Origin: Tubulanus polymorphus
Lineage: Eukaryota > Animalia > Nemertea
NCBI RefSeq assembly: GCF_964204645.1
Contig: NC_134032.1
Span: forward strand, 1,918,416 to 1,982,415
Direction: 5' to 3'
DNA: 64,000 nt
The notes beneath the pieces were generated by a model. That model was given only the letters and a program-made list of their open reading frames with translations. It had not been told where the DNA came from and searched no databases. Positions 36,740-49,176 of this stretch are shown here, one piece after another; the stretch's first letter is position 1; every line of letters starts with the position of its first letter. A program made the position numbers and the translations under genes.

Positions 36740-37068
36740 CCTTACTAAACTGCAAATCTGTTCATAGAAACGTAGGATAGACATTTAAAAAAAAAGGAAT
36801 TTACCCTCGTATCTCCGCTACACGCGGAATTCCGCGGCCCTACGCGTCTTCGGGATCGTGCTTTTTTTTTATGAAATAAAAATGTGAGGCAAATGTGACA
36901 CAGTTGTTTCTTTCTTAAGCCTGGTATGACAAGCGTTACAGCTGTAGCGCGGTAATCTTCGTGAGTTTTAACCTTTGATAAATTCGATCTATCTATCGGA
37001 GCGTGGCCATTTTTACCAATGACCTCTGTTGCGGCTGCACTAGTCACGCTCCTACTACACAAACTAGG

Positions 37069-37512
37069 GGTCATCCTTATTACCGAGATGACGTATTTTA
37101 CCGAGATGAACCGAGATGAAATGAAATATAGCATATTTATTTATTTCTTATCGATTTTAACACTTGAAATCATGTTATATCAGTAATAAATACCTTCTAG
37201 AGTCATATTTTACATGTTGTTTTATTTAAAAAAATTTTGACTTCAAATACGTAAACTCGGTTAGCAATAAAATGTCATTGAATTTGATTGATCGACGATC
37301 TTATCTCGGTGGAGTTAAGTTATTTTTCTACACAAATAACCGACAAAATATGTAATAATATATGACTCCAGCAGGCATTTATTACTGATATAATATGATT
37401 TCAATGGTAACAATCGATAAGGAATAGATAAATATGTCATATTCAATTTCATCTCGGTTGATCTCGGTTCATCTCGGTAAAATACATCATCTCGGTAATA
37501 ATAAGGATGACC
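37069..37512. mobile_element. Fold-back MITE with long TIRs and an 8-9-bp TSD
   Basis: ggtcatccttattaccgagatg ... catctcggtaataataaggatgacc; caaactag(g) flanks both sides (37060 and 37514). Confidence 0.75.
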
Positions 37513-37903
37513 GCAAACTAGGTCCTACTTATTACCGAGTTCGAGATGACACAATTTACAGAGATGAACCGAGATGACATGAAATATAGCGTTTTTGTTA
37601 ATTTCTTAAGGCCAGTTTACATAAGTGGTGCTTTTCTCAAAACGCACTAACTATAAACTACTAACGGCAACTATGATAATATAAAGTTATTAGTTAGTTA
37701 AGAAGAAGCCTAATTTTCAGTAGCCTGACTGACTAACTTAGGCCACTCTTCGACAAACAAAAAATGTCAGTTCAATTCAAAGATACTGAAATGATTATCT
37801 TACCTTGCCCATCTTAAACTGCCATCATAAACAATGTCCGCGCCCGCGTTGACCGCTAAAGTGGACTTCAAACTTTAGAATCTGAACCCGGAAATGAAAA
37901 TCG

Positions 37904-40773
37904 CATCTAGGGCAATCTTAAGACCTGCTGCATATGGCGTCACAAGCCCCGAGGCTTGTCACGCCATATTGGGGCCTGACACGCCATGTGGTAAACATAA
38001 AATGAAAATCAAATCCTATGCAGGAGATGAAACGTCGACTACGTCTCGCGGGTTTTTCTTCCGAAGTTGAAATATTCGATTGGATATTTATTTGTCATAG
38101 ATGATTTACAACGTACTATATATACATAATAAGAACTACATATTACATCGCATATATGAAAATGATTTGATTCAGAAGATTACTTTTAATCAATAACTTA
38201 TAACGAGTAATGTTTGAATCAAACTTTATTTGATATGAATTTCTTATTTTGTAAGAATCTGATGGAACAGGAAAATACCAGGGTAAGGTAAAACTTAACA
38301 TATCTATTTACGGAATGTATTGATAGATTGAAAACATTTTACACTTAAAACACAATTAAAAACTTATCTTATCCTACTTCACTGGCATACATATTTACAA
38401 AATGAGTTTTACAGAATAGAAATTGATCGTTGTTTGTTAATCTAATGCAGTGTACACACTTTATTTTGAAACACAATTTAAACAATAACATATTTCGCCA
38501 GCATATGAAAGATACAAAAACATTACATATATATCTACTGAATGAGTTTTACAGAATAAAGATTTTAATTAACTATCTTACATTTCAATGAATCATTCAT
38601 CTATTTCACATGATTTGTTGATCAATTAGTCTTAGAAGAACATAGATAATGTTAGAAAAACATATATGGTGAGCCAGGCTCCAATCTAGTGTGATCTGCA
38701 GTCAATACGGCTCCTAAAATCACTAAGCCTTCTACATGGCGTGTCCGGCCCCAAATGGTCTGCAGAAAAGCTTCAATTGAAACATGGCGTGAGAGGACCC
38801 GATCGGTTTTCCTACAAACAAATGAATAATTGTCACTAATTCTCTTAAATGTTCAAAGATTAATCATACTATATGGTTTGTCAATCATTTAGTCTTATAA
38901 AAGAGCAAATACTGTTACTATAAACTCCTAAAATCACGTTGTCTTCTACATGGCGTGTCAGGCCCCAAATGTTCTGCCGCCAATATGGCGTGAGAGGACC
39001 CGATCGGTTTTCTATGGAAGCAATTAATTGTCACTAATTATATCTTTAGTTTCAATTAGTTATATATTGTTCATGATTTGATAATCACAAAGTGTTAGAA
39101 AACAAAACAAATACTGCTAGAAAAACTGCGATTTGTCTTCTATAGCGTGTCAAGCCCCGAACGTTCTGCAGCCAATATGGCGTGTCAGGCCCCAAATGGT
39201 CTGCAGAATAGCTTCAATTGAGACATGGCGTGAGAGGACCCGAACGGTTTTCCGTATAAACAAATGAATAATTGTCATTAATTGTGTTAAATGTTCAAAG
39301 ATTTATCATTCTACATGGTTTGTCAATCATTTAGACTTAGAAAAAAGACAAATATTGTTTCAAAAAGCTCCTAAAATCACGCTGTCTTCTACATGGCGTG
39401 TCAGGCCCCAAATGTTCTGCAGCCAATATGGCGTGTCAGGCCCCGAACGGTCTGCAGAATAGCTTCAATTGATGAATAATTGTCACTAATTATCATAAAT
39501 ATTCAAAGATTTATCATTATTCATGGTTTGTCAATCATTTAGACTTAGAAAAAAGACAAATATTGTTTCAAAAAGCTCCTAAAATCACGCTGTCTTCTAC
39601 ATGGCGTGTCAGGCCCCAAATGTTCTGCAGCCAATATGGTGTGTCAGGCCCCGAACGGTCTGCAGAACAGCTTCAATTGATGAATAATTGTCACTAATTA
39701 TCATAAATATTCAAAGATTTATCATTCTACATGGTTTGTCAATCCTTTAGACTTAGAAAAAAGACAAATATTGTTTCAAAAAGCTCCTAAAATCACGCTG
39801 TCTCCTACATGGCGTGTCAGGCCCCAGATGTTCTGCAGCCAATATGGTGTGTCAGGCCCCGAACGGTCTGCAGAATAGCTTCAATTGATGCATAATTATC
39901 ATAAATATTCAAAGATTGATCATTATACATGGTTTGTCAATCATTTAGACTTAGAAAAGAAGGCAAATATTGTTTCAAAAAGCTCCTAAAATCACGCTGT
40001 CTTCTACATGGCGTGTCAGGCCCCAAAGTGTTCTGCCGCCAATATGGCGTGAGAGGACCCGATCAGTTTTCTATGGAAGCAACTAATTGCCACTAATTAT
40101 ATCTTTAGTTTCAATTATTTATATATATTGTTCATAATCATAAAGTCTTATAAAACAAAACAAATACTGCTAGAAAAATCGCGATTTGTCTTCTATGCGT
40201 GTCAGGCCCCAAATGTTCAGCAGCCAATATGGCGTATCGAGCCCTAAATGGTCTGCAGAATAGCTTCAATTTTCATGGCGTGAGAGGACCTGATTGGATT
40301 TCCGTAGAAATAAATGAATAATTGTGACTGATTATCTTAAATTTCAATCAGTAGTACAACAATAATTAAGTCTTAGAAAGTTTATAAATCGTTGTTTTTA
40401 TTTTGTTCATATGTAAAAATATACAAAAATCGCTTTGGTAAATGTAGCTGATGATCTCCTGATCGTCTCGCACCATAACGGATACCTGCAAAAAACATAT
40501 TCGAAGAATTTTACATAAAAATCTTAAGTAAAAAAGGGATATAATTTTCTTTCAAAGTGGCTGCACTGAACGGAATACTTCAAAATAACGTATAAGTACC
40601 GGTACTGTGTATACGTTTAGACAATAAGTTAAGAAAAAATAGAAATTCATTACACATTGACATACCGGTACTTGAAATTATATCATTCAGGTTTTACACG
40701 TCGTATCGGACTTAAAAACGTGGTCCGTTCGACGCGAACATATATCTTCGTTCCGCGTGAATTATATATAGTC
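37904..40773. mobile_element. Large non-autonomous DNA transposon, copy 1 (right TIR missing)
   Basis: Starts catctagggcaatcttaagacc...atggcgtcacaagcccc; many internal atggcgtgtcaggcccc subrepeats; collinear with the copy at 47752-53111 until ...attatatatagtc. Confidence 0.8.
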
Positions 40774-41931
40774 AATTTCAATATTTTTCGTGTTTTGTGG
40801 CGGACTCAAGATTGATCCCGGATTAAGTACGAATATCTTAATTTACTGAAATATAGTCACATTCCTCCTGCTTGCAAAAATGATTTACCATTACCAGAAA
40901 ACCCCTGCTTCTAACAAACCAACAAACCCCCCAAAAATTTGTACACCAAAACACAAACCTTTTTCTAACAAACCAACTTACCTGCTTATAGAAGCCTGGC
41001 ATAAAAGGTTTTGGATCCCTGTATCTTTAGTCTAGTACCAGTGGCCAGTTGTAAGAGAGCCTGTAACAACTGGCTCAGGTGCGGATCTAGGGCCATTCAA
41101 TGACTACAGCACAACAGTGAAAAAAGGCACCAACTTTGAAAAGGGCCAGTATTAATGCCCAGTGAGCGAGTTTGACTTTGTCTTTGAGTGCCATTTATTG
41201 GTATCATGCCACTAAATTTGCCTGCCATTCAATTTGCTTGTGCCTTTTTTAGATTCGATTATATTTATAGAGCAACAATAAGTCTCTTTTGGAATAGTGC
41301 CCTTTTGAGTAAAGGAAAATGCCTTAGATTGCCTTTTATGATTTTGGTCAATTTATTATCATTCACATTTTGCTTTAGTCCTAGTACAGAAAGGCAGTTA
41401 TTTTTTTATGGCGCACAAATTGTGTGCCCTTTTATTTACTTTTTTCCCGAAACATAAATTTTTCAAGGGCATTTAAAAACTGCTGCTACCGCAGGTGCTG
41501 CATGTGCGATAGTCTGGATCTGCACCTGAACAACGACCAGCATTCAGACTACGATATCCTCTATCCACACTGTTCTTAAGTTCTTAACGACTGGGGCCAA
41601 AAAATATAAAAATTTTGAGCCTGGCCTTAGGCTTTGTGCCGTGGTTCCAGTGGACCCAGTCAGTAACCTGTCTGTGGTTTAGTTTCATGATCGGATATTT
41701 TCACAAGTTTGTATAAGCCGATCTGATTACAAAACTATAAAAGCTTACCACCAATAATTAGGTAGGGCCTACTGGTAATTAACTACTCTAGGTGGGAACA
41801 TTATTAAACTGTAATCAAACTGATAAACCTGGTACTTACCTGGTACTCTTATGTGAAGCGACAAAACTAGAATGGTAATTTTGTTCTTTAATTCTTGCAG
41901 TTGCAGAATTATAACAACTACTGAACAGAAA

Positions 41932-42504
41932 ATGGCTTCCGAAGATTCGGCGTCATCGCGGGAAAATTCGCTCGTAACTATGATAGAAAAATGTCCTGAG
42001 GAAAAACAGACGGCGTTCATGAACGCGGTGATCGATCAGTCGTTAGGAAACCCGGCGCCTCGATATCAGGATTATGCGAAAATTTGGTCGCTAGAAGAAT
42101 GGTGGGAAATCACCGACAAAATCAAAGATGTCGCGAAAATAATCGTGAAATCCGGATACACGACGGCCGAGCAGGCGCGCGAAAGTATCGCAGCCGAATT
42201 ACGCAACAACGCGCTGATCGACGCGGTCTTAATTCGTGGCGACGAAATAAAGAAACGACTGAACGAAAACACGGTCGCCATTTCTCACCGGAGTTTAAAA
42301 GATTTCGACTGGAAAGTGAAATTAGTGATGTCGAGTAGTAAACTCGTTAACGTTAACGAACCGTTGTGTAATTTAGATTCGTACACGCTGGATACGGACG
42401 GCTGCAAAGACGTAACGAGCGTGGAATTGGACGCGAACGAATTGCGCGGTTTAATCGCGAAGTTGGAGAACGCGCACAAAGTCGTACAAAATTTGAGTGC
42501 ATAG
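41932..42504 (+). CDS. COMMD8: COMM domain-containing protein 8, 190 aa, single coding exon
   Basis: PRYQDYAKIWSLEEW, RGDEIKKRL, AISHRSLKDFDWKVKLVMSSSKL and ELRGLIAKLENAHKVV match COMMD8 (YQDYHTVWESEEW; AISSAQLQDFDWQVKLALSS). A splice acceptor ttcttgcag at ~41900 indicates a 5' UTR intron. Confidence 0.92.
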   Translation: MASEDSASSRENSLVTMIEKCPEEKQTAFMNAVIDQSLGNPAPRYQDYAKIWSLEEWWEITDKIKDVAKIIVKSGYTTAEQARESIAAELRNNALIDAVLIRGDEIKKRLNENTVAISHRSLKDFDWKVKLVMSSSKLVNVNEPLCNLDSYTLDTDGCKDVTSVELDANELRGLIAKLENAHKVVQNLSA

Positions 42505-42944
42505 AAAGATTTTTATGTTGTTAGGCTTTACGTCGCTTGGATCTTGGTTTACCAAGACTAACCCTATTGGAAGCTAACTTGATGCATTTACAAATCTTAT
42601 AAGCCTTATCTAACCTAGGATGGAATCAATTGAGATTGCTGGTCATAAAATCCTGGACCGTTTAACCACAACACACAGCACATAAATTTTCGATGAGATG
42701 ATGTAATTAAGAGCAAATGATTTTCACAGTCTGGAAAATCCAAATCCTAGCTCAGACAGGTCTATGAGGCGCAAGAACTTCCTGCAAAATTGATGGCTTT
42801 CAATGTATGTGGATAAAAAAGAATTGTATTTTTACACATTTCTGTCGGGTTCTGTCTGTTCTGTCCGCAGTGCAAAGTTATTCATGAAATAGAGAGAATA
42901 TATTATATGAACTAAATGAAAAATAAATATCAACCTTTCGATGT

Positions 42945-45900
42945 TTATTCCGCCTTCTTTTTCTTCTTCTTTTTCTTTTTATCCGTTTTCTTCTCTGCAA
43001 AGGTAATAAGAGAGAAACATCAAAATTTGAATACGGTAATTTTCTTAGATCAGTCTCATGAACGAGGTATTGGCACTAGTGTCAATGTCGCTAGCATCTA
43101 CTATGGTACAATATATTCATCATGCTTCATCTGAGTTAAGACTTCAATTCCATTCGTGAAGCCCTAGCATCCAAACACAAAATACACATTTAAGACAACA
43201 CACTACCTTGTGAATCCGCAGCATTAGCTTCCAGCATATCTCTCTCCTTAATCTTAGCAGCTTTCTCATTCTCATCCTTATTTTTGTCCTTCTGCTTCTT
43301 TTCTCCTTTACTTTCTTTCTGCTTTTCTACTTTATGTTTATTCTTATCTTCTTTATCTTTTCTTTTCTTCTTTTTTGCTTTTTCTTGATTAGCTACAGGA
43401 GTCGGTTTGGGCTTGGTCGTCTTATGAGTTATCTCTACTTTAGCATGCTTTTCAGGCAGAGTCGTACTTGCTCCTTCAGCTAGAGATTAAAAATCATTAT
43501 CAACCTAGCAAATATTCAGACATACTACATGTCTCTACTGATCTCAATGGCAAATGCCAACATTCATCTAGTTCCAACCTGCACCATCTAATCAACAAAG
43601 AAAACAGGTTTCGTATTATCCAAATCTTGATTGACATAAATATCTTACATGCTGGAAATCATTGTAATAAGAAGGTTTCAATTTTAACAGAATTTTTCAA
43701 GGTCCAACTGTATTTCACATACTAACATGCAGATGTTGAAGCCCTTTTACGTTTTTTCACTGGTTGATCAGGCGTCTTAGTTGGTTTATCTATGGATACA
43801 GATAAATAAGATAATGAATCATGGCAATGTTAATCAGTACTGGCTGAAATTACGAAACCGAAATCTATTGCAAATACACACCTGATCCAAATGCAACGTG
43901 GCGCTGTTTCAATCCGGCTGGAATATCATAACACATTTTCGGCTTCACCTTCGGAAGTTTGGCCTCCGGAACATCTATCTTCTCCGTAATAGAAATGATT
44001 CCTTTGAATTGATGCACTGTCAACAAGGAAAAACTACATGGGTTCTAGTAAACAGAGAAAGAGATCAACAAATTTCAAATATTTCAATCACTACAAGTCA
44101 AAGCATACCAGGTTTTAATTGCTTGGAATGTTTGCCACTTGGTAAAAGCAACGTTGAGTTCTAAAATGAGAAAATAAATCGAATGAGTTCGTTCGGTAAC
44201 TCTGCTTAAAATTTTCATAGCCATGATTTAGATGAGTAAGCTAATTAAAAATAAAACATTCATATATTGCATGTTAAGAGTTGATTTTCATACAGAAATT
44301 TCGAAACATCAATAATTCATATTTCACATGACAAATTAAAACAATCTAGTTCATTAAATTCTCAACTCATAAACTCAAGTTCTATGATTAAACAATCCAT
44401 TTAAACAATCTAGTTCAACGTACCACAGCCCCTCGCATTTTATTTGCCTCAAATTCTCCGCTGTTCTGAAATGTTCGAATGAAAGCATCATTTTTGCAGT
44501 TTGAAAAAGCAGTGTTTAAAATCGATTGGCGTGTATCGGAATTGATTACAGTAAACCTTGCATAAGTCAGATCTTTTGGGACCAAGAAAAATCTTCCGAC
44601 AGAATAAGTCAGATTTCCAAACTTTATCCGAAAACTACGCCTTGAGAATTAATTTCTGTAAATGGATTTTCCGACTTCGATCCGACTTATGCAAGGTTTA
44701 CTGTATTCATTTAACGGTTTTTTCATTACGTTATCAAATACTTACTTCGAGGGTAATTGTTTTTCCGGTGGATAAGGAGACATTGTCTAATGCTTTGATA
44801 TCGAACTAAAAAACAATTGCAAACTGGTATATCAGTAAGATAGAAAATCGCTACATGCACTGCTGGGGTTGTTCGAATTTAAACTCTAGGGCCCAGTTTT
44901 ATTGACGTATATTATCTTTAACCCAGGGCTTGACTCATTTTCAATTAAGTTAGCCAAAACTGAGCCTAAGTTCAAATCCAGTTTATTGTTTATCAATTAA
45001 AAATAAACACAACGAAAATTGAAAAAGCGTGATGAATTTAACAGCTAATACTTACATTAATGGGAACTCGTATCAGCCATAAATCAGAATGCTCATCCAT
45101 ATTTTCAACAGTTAGTATATCAGATTTTTCTGACAAACTCTCAGAATCGTCTGGACAGTCATACCTGAATAACATAACGCAATCAATAAATGAATGATTA
45201 TTAGAACATTACCTATCCGCAAGGATATCACAGTTACAGGGAAAATTAAAAGTATATTTGTAATGTCTTCACGGTCTTTAAGGTGTTCATGGCTAATAAA
45301 ATCAATTTGACGGTAAGTCAACTTAGCAACAAAAGGAAGAAATTAATTGGTCATTAAGGGAAGCATCCCATTCTACAAAAAGAATCAGCTTCAGTTTGAT
45401 TTCAAATCAGGCGCTACACCCAACAAGGGTTTACTAAGTTCAACAATGAACACTGAAGGATATTTCACAGCAAACATTGCAAATTAAATTCAGTATAAGG
45501 CTTAAGAAAATTAATACCTTGTTTCTGCTGAGCCTAAAAGACCCGGCCAGCCACCTATATACCCAGAACATAACTTTTTTCTAAATCATGACCAAGCTTA
45601 CTTAAACTGACCCAGCACTTACAGAAACAAACTGATTAAAAATCTTATCGCAGTTTACTATTTACGCCGCTGATTAGGAGAAACAAGGTATCAGTTTTGT
45701 TTAGCCTACAGTCTGAACATAGACGTACTTAGTTTTAGGATCTAACTGCGTCAATGGATGCGTAATATGGATGTCGTCTTCATCAATCAATGACGATTTT
45801 AATTTCTTCGATGGAGATTTCGAAGGCGACATGTCCCCGCCACGTTTCAACGTTGATTGGTTTTCCGGTGCAGTATCATTTTTGTCTGAGTCATCGCTGT

Positions 45901-47263
45901 CACTGCTTCCATCCCTCGAGTCACGAAACCTTGAATCCTGAATAGTCGCAGCAGGCGTTGGTATTTTCGATGGCGCTGCATCATCAGAGTCGGAATCTGA
46001 TTCCGATAAAATTTCTTTGGATTTGTAAGTTTTTTTCGGTGTCATCGTGTCCTTCGATTTTTGGATAACAGCCTTCCTTGGTGAAGATACATTCATTGAA
46101 TTTGCATTCGCAGCTTTCTTCGGTGACATCTGTTTTACTGGTGATGATGCCAGTTTACTTGATTCTGATTCCATAACAGGTTCTTTTGATTTTTGGAATT
46201 CAGCCTTTTTCGGTGAAGCACCATTATTCAGGCTTGTAGACGCAACTTTCTTCGGGGACAACTGCTTAACTGATGTTGTTGATGCGGGATTTTTAGGCTC
46301 TTCTTCGTCTGAACTAGAATCCGATTCCATAACATTCATCGGTATTGAGGCAACTTTCTTCGGTATTATCAGTTTTGCGGCAGGAAGTTCCTGCCCTTTC
46401 GGGGGTAAGTCATCTTCATCTGAACTTGTCTCCGATTCGGAAAGAGGTACTACAGGCTTAACGAATCCAGTCTTTTTTGGCGAGGCAACAGTGTTCGAAT
46501 TTGATTTAACCGGGTTAACAGATTTTTTTGGTGGTTCCTTTTCACCTTCATCTTCTGAACTGCTAGAACTTCCCGAATCTGATTCGATCGCGGCTGTCTG
46601 AGAAGTAGATTTTTCCAACGACGATTTACTTTTTTGGGGTGACTTATCCGAAGAAACTTTAACCAGTTCTTGCGCCGACGATGACTTAATGGGTGACGCT
46701 TTTTTATGATTGATTATGTCTTTTGAAATACTGTGGTCGGCTTCGCCTTCACTAGATTCTGATTCTGACGAACTCACTGGTTTGTATACCGGTACCGGTG
46801 CTGGCTTTTTTATTGGCGACAAAATTTTCTGTTTCACTGGTGTACGTTTTGTCACAGATTCTAGTTTTATTTTTCCAGCACTAATGACTGGGGCCTGCTC
46901 CTGACTATTTTTCAATTTCTTACTCTTCTTTGAAGCACTTTTCATACGCGCAGTCACCGAGTCAGCTATCGCTGTTAATTCATCATTCACGTTTGTATCC
47001 TCTTCATCAGATGACGATAGTAATTTGAACTCAGTCACTTTCTCTGGCCGCACTAGTTTCAATTTCGTCTGCTTTTTCGTCCTGCTCGCCTCTGTGAGAC
47101 TAGTGTTCTCAACTTCACTGAGGTGAACATCGCCTTGCTTGTTGAATATCGGCGAGACATTTGCTACAGACTTCTTTCTTGATTTCTTTTTCTTTTTGTC
47201 GGAAGTAGGCCTAACACTAATAGGCGTACGGAGGGGACTAAATCCTTGGAAGTCATTCATCAT
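42945..47263 (-). CDS. POLR1G: RNA polymerase I subunit RPA34 (A34.5/PAF49)-domain protein with a long Ser/Lys/acidic N-terminal extension, ~772 aa
   Basis: Exons 47263-45729, 45164-45056, 44805-44746, 44465-44424, 44160-44109, 44016-43882, 43789-43727, 43479-43207, 42994-42945, all GT-AG with consistent phases (2319 nt). Motifs YDCPDD, DLWLIRVPINFD, TLLLPS, IPAGLKQRHVAFGS and a Lys-rich tail correspond to RPA34 (FSCPPNF, ELWLIQAPADF, TLLAPS, IPPGLRPRFCAFGG). Confidence 0.8.
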
Positions 47264-49176
47264 TACCTGAAAAATACCGAAAGATGAAATTGCTCATTTC
47301 AAATTACTCATGTTTGAAACTCATTTAAGGTGGTCAAATCACAATAAAAGCAGTCGGATATTAACAGAGATGACCTGTGAAGAATACAGTATACACTATT
47401 CTAATTCTATTTTTGGGAATTTAGGAAAATCATTCCTCTCTCCAAATCCAGGGCAGGCCTAGCATTTTGGTTGATTTCTGACTGATTTAATGTTTAAGAC
47501 TTTGCTCATAACGTATAAATTGATACATACTCGACGGAATACATGAGTGAGACTGTCAATCACAGAAATGTATACTTTGTATACAATTTCAAATCAAGAC
47601 TCCGCGCACATGTATTCACGCAACGGCTTCAGATATTGGAGCCAAATATAACCGGATTCGAACCCATAAACACGAATTATTATTGTTGCATTCAACATTT
47701 TAATCATTATAACTAGTAAGTAAATATGGCCGCCTTTATCATCGAATTTTCCATCTAGGGCAATCTTAAGACCTGCTGCATATGGCGTCACAAGCCCCGA
47801 TATGGCTTGTCACGCCATATTGGGGCCTGACACGCCATGTGGTAAACGTAAAATGAAAATCAAATCCTATGCAGGAGATGAAACGTCGACTACGTCTCGC
47901 GGGTTTTTCTTCCGAAGTTGAAATATTCGGTTGGATATTAATTTGTCTTAGATGATTTACAACGTATTATATATACATAATAAGAACTACATATTACATC
48001 GCATTTACACTAAAATGAGTTTTACAGAATAGAAATTCATCGTTGTTTGTTAATCTAATGCAGTGTACACACATTTTGAAACACAATTTAAACAATCATA
48101 TATTTCGCCAGCATATGAAAGATACAAAAACATTACATATCTACTGAATGAGTTTTACAGAATAAAGATTTTAATTAACTATCTTACATTTCAATGAATC
48201 ATTCATCTATTTCACATGATTTGTTGATCAATTAGTCTTAGAAGAACATGGATAATGTTAGAAAAACATATATGGTGAGCCAGGCTCAAATCTAGTGTGA
48301 TCTGCAGTCATATGGCTCCTAAAATAGCTAAGCCTTCTACGTGGCGTGTCAGGCCCCAAATGTTCTGCAGCCAATATGGCGTGTCAAGCCCCAAATTGTC
48401 TGCAGAATAGCTTCAATAATTGAAACGTGGTTTGTCGAACGGTTTTCTATGGAAGCAATTAAATTATATCTTAAGTTTCAATTAGTTTATATATTGTTCA
48501 TGATTTGATAATCACAAAGGTTAGAAAACAAAACAAATACTGCTAGAAAAACCGCGATTTGTCTTCTATATGGCGTGTCAGGCCCCAAACGGTCTGCAGA
48601 ATAGCTTCAATTGAGACCTGGCGTGAGAGGACCCGAAACAAATGAATAATTGTCACTAACTAACATAAATGTTCAAAGATTAATCATTCTATAAGGTTTG
48701 TCAATCATTTAGTCTTAGAAAAAAACAAATACTGTTACAAAAAGCTCCTAAAATCACGCTGTCTTCTACATGGCGTGTCAGGCCCCAAATGTTCTGCAGC
48801 CAATATGGCGTGAGAGGACCCGATCGGTTTTCTATGGAAGCAATTAATTGTCACTAATCATATCTTTAGTGTCAATTAGTTATATATTGTTCATGATTTG
48901 ATAATCACAAAGTGTTAGAAAACAAAACAAATACTGCTAGAAAACTGCGATTTGTCTTCTATAGCGTGTCAAGCCCCGAATGTTCTGCAGCCAATATGGC
49001 GTGTCAGGCCCCAAACAGTCTGCAGTCAATATGGCGTGTCAGGCCCCAAACGGTCTGCAGAATAGCTTCAATTGAGACATGGCGTGAGAAGACCCGAACG
49101 ATTTTCCGTACAAACAAATGAATAATTGTCACTAATTGTCTTAAATGTTCAAAGATCAATCCTTCTATATGATTTG

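Noticed and set aside
46047-46601. 184-aa plus-strand ORF (likewise 59242-59820 and 61316-61828)
   Set aside because: Antisense or alternate-frame shadows of real coding exons.
45701-47263. Stand-alone single-exon Nopp140-like gene
   Set aside because: A donor at 45729 splices in frame to downstream RPA34 exons; the ORF's last codons run into the intron and a MITE, and no SRP40 C-terminal motif is seen.
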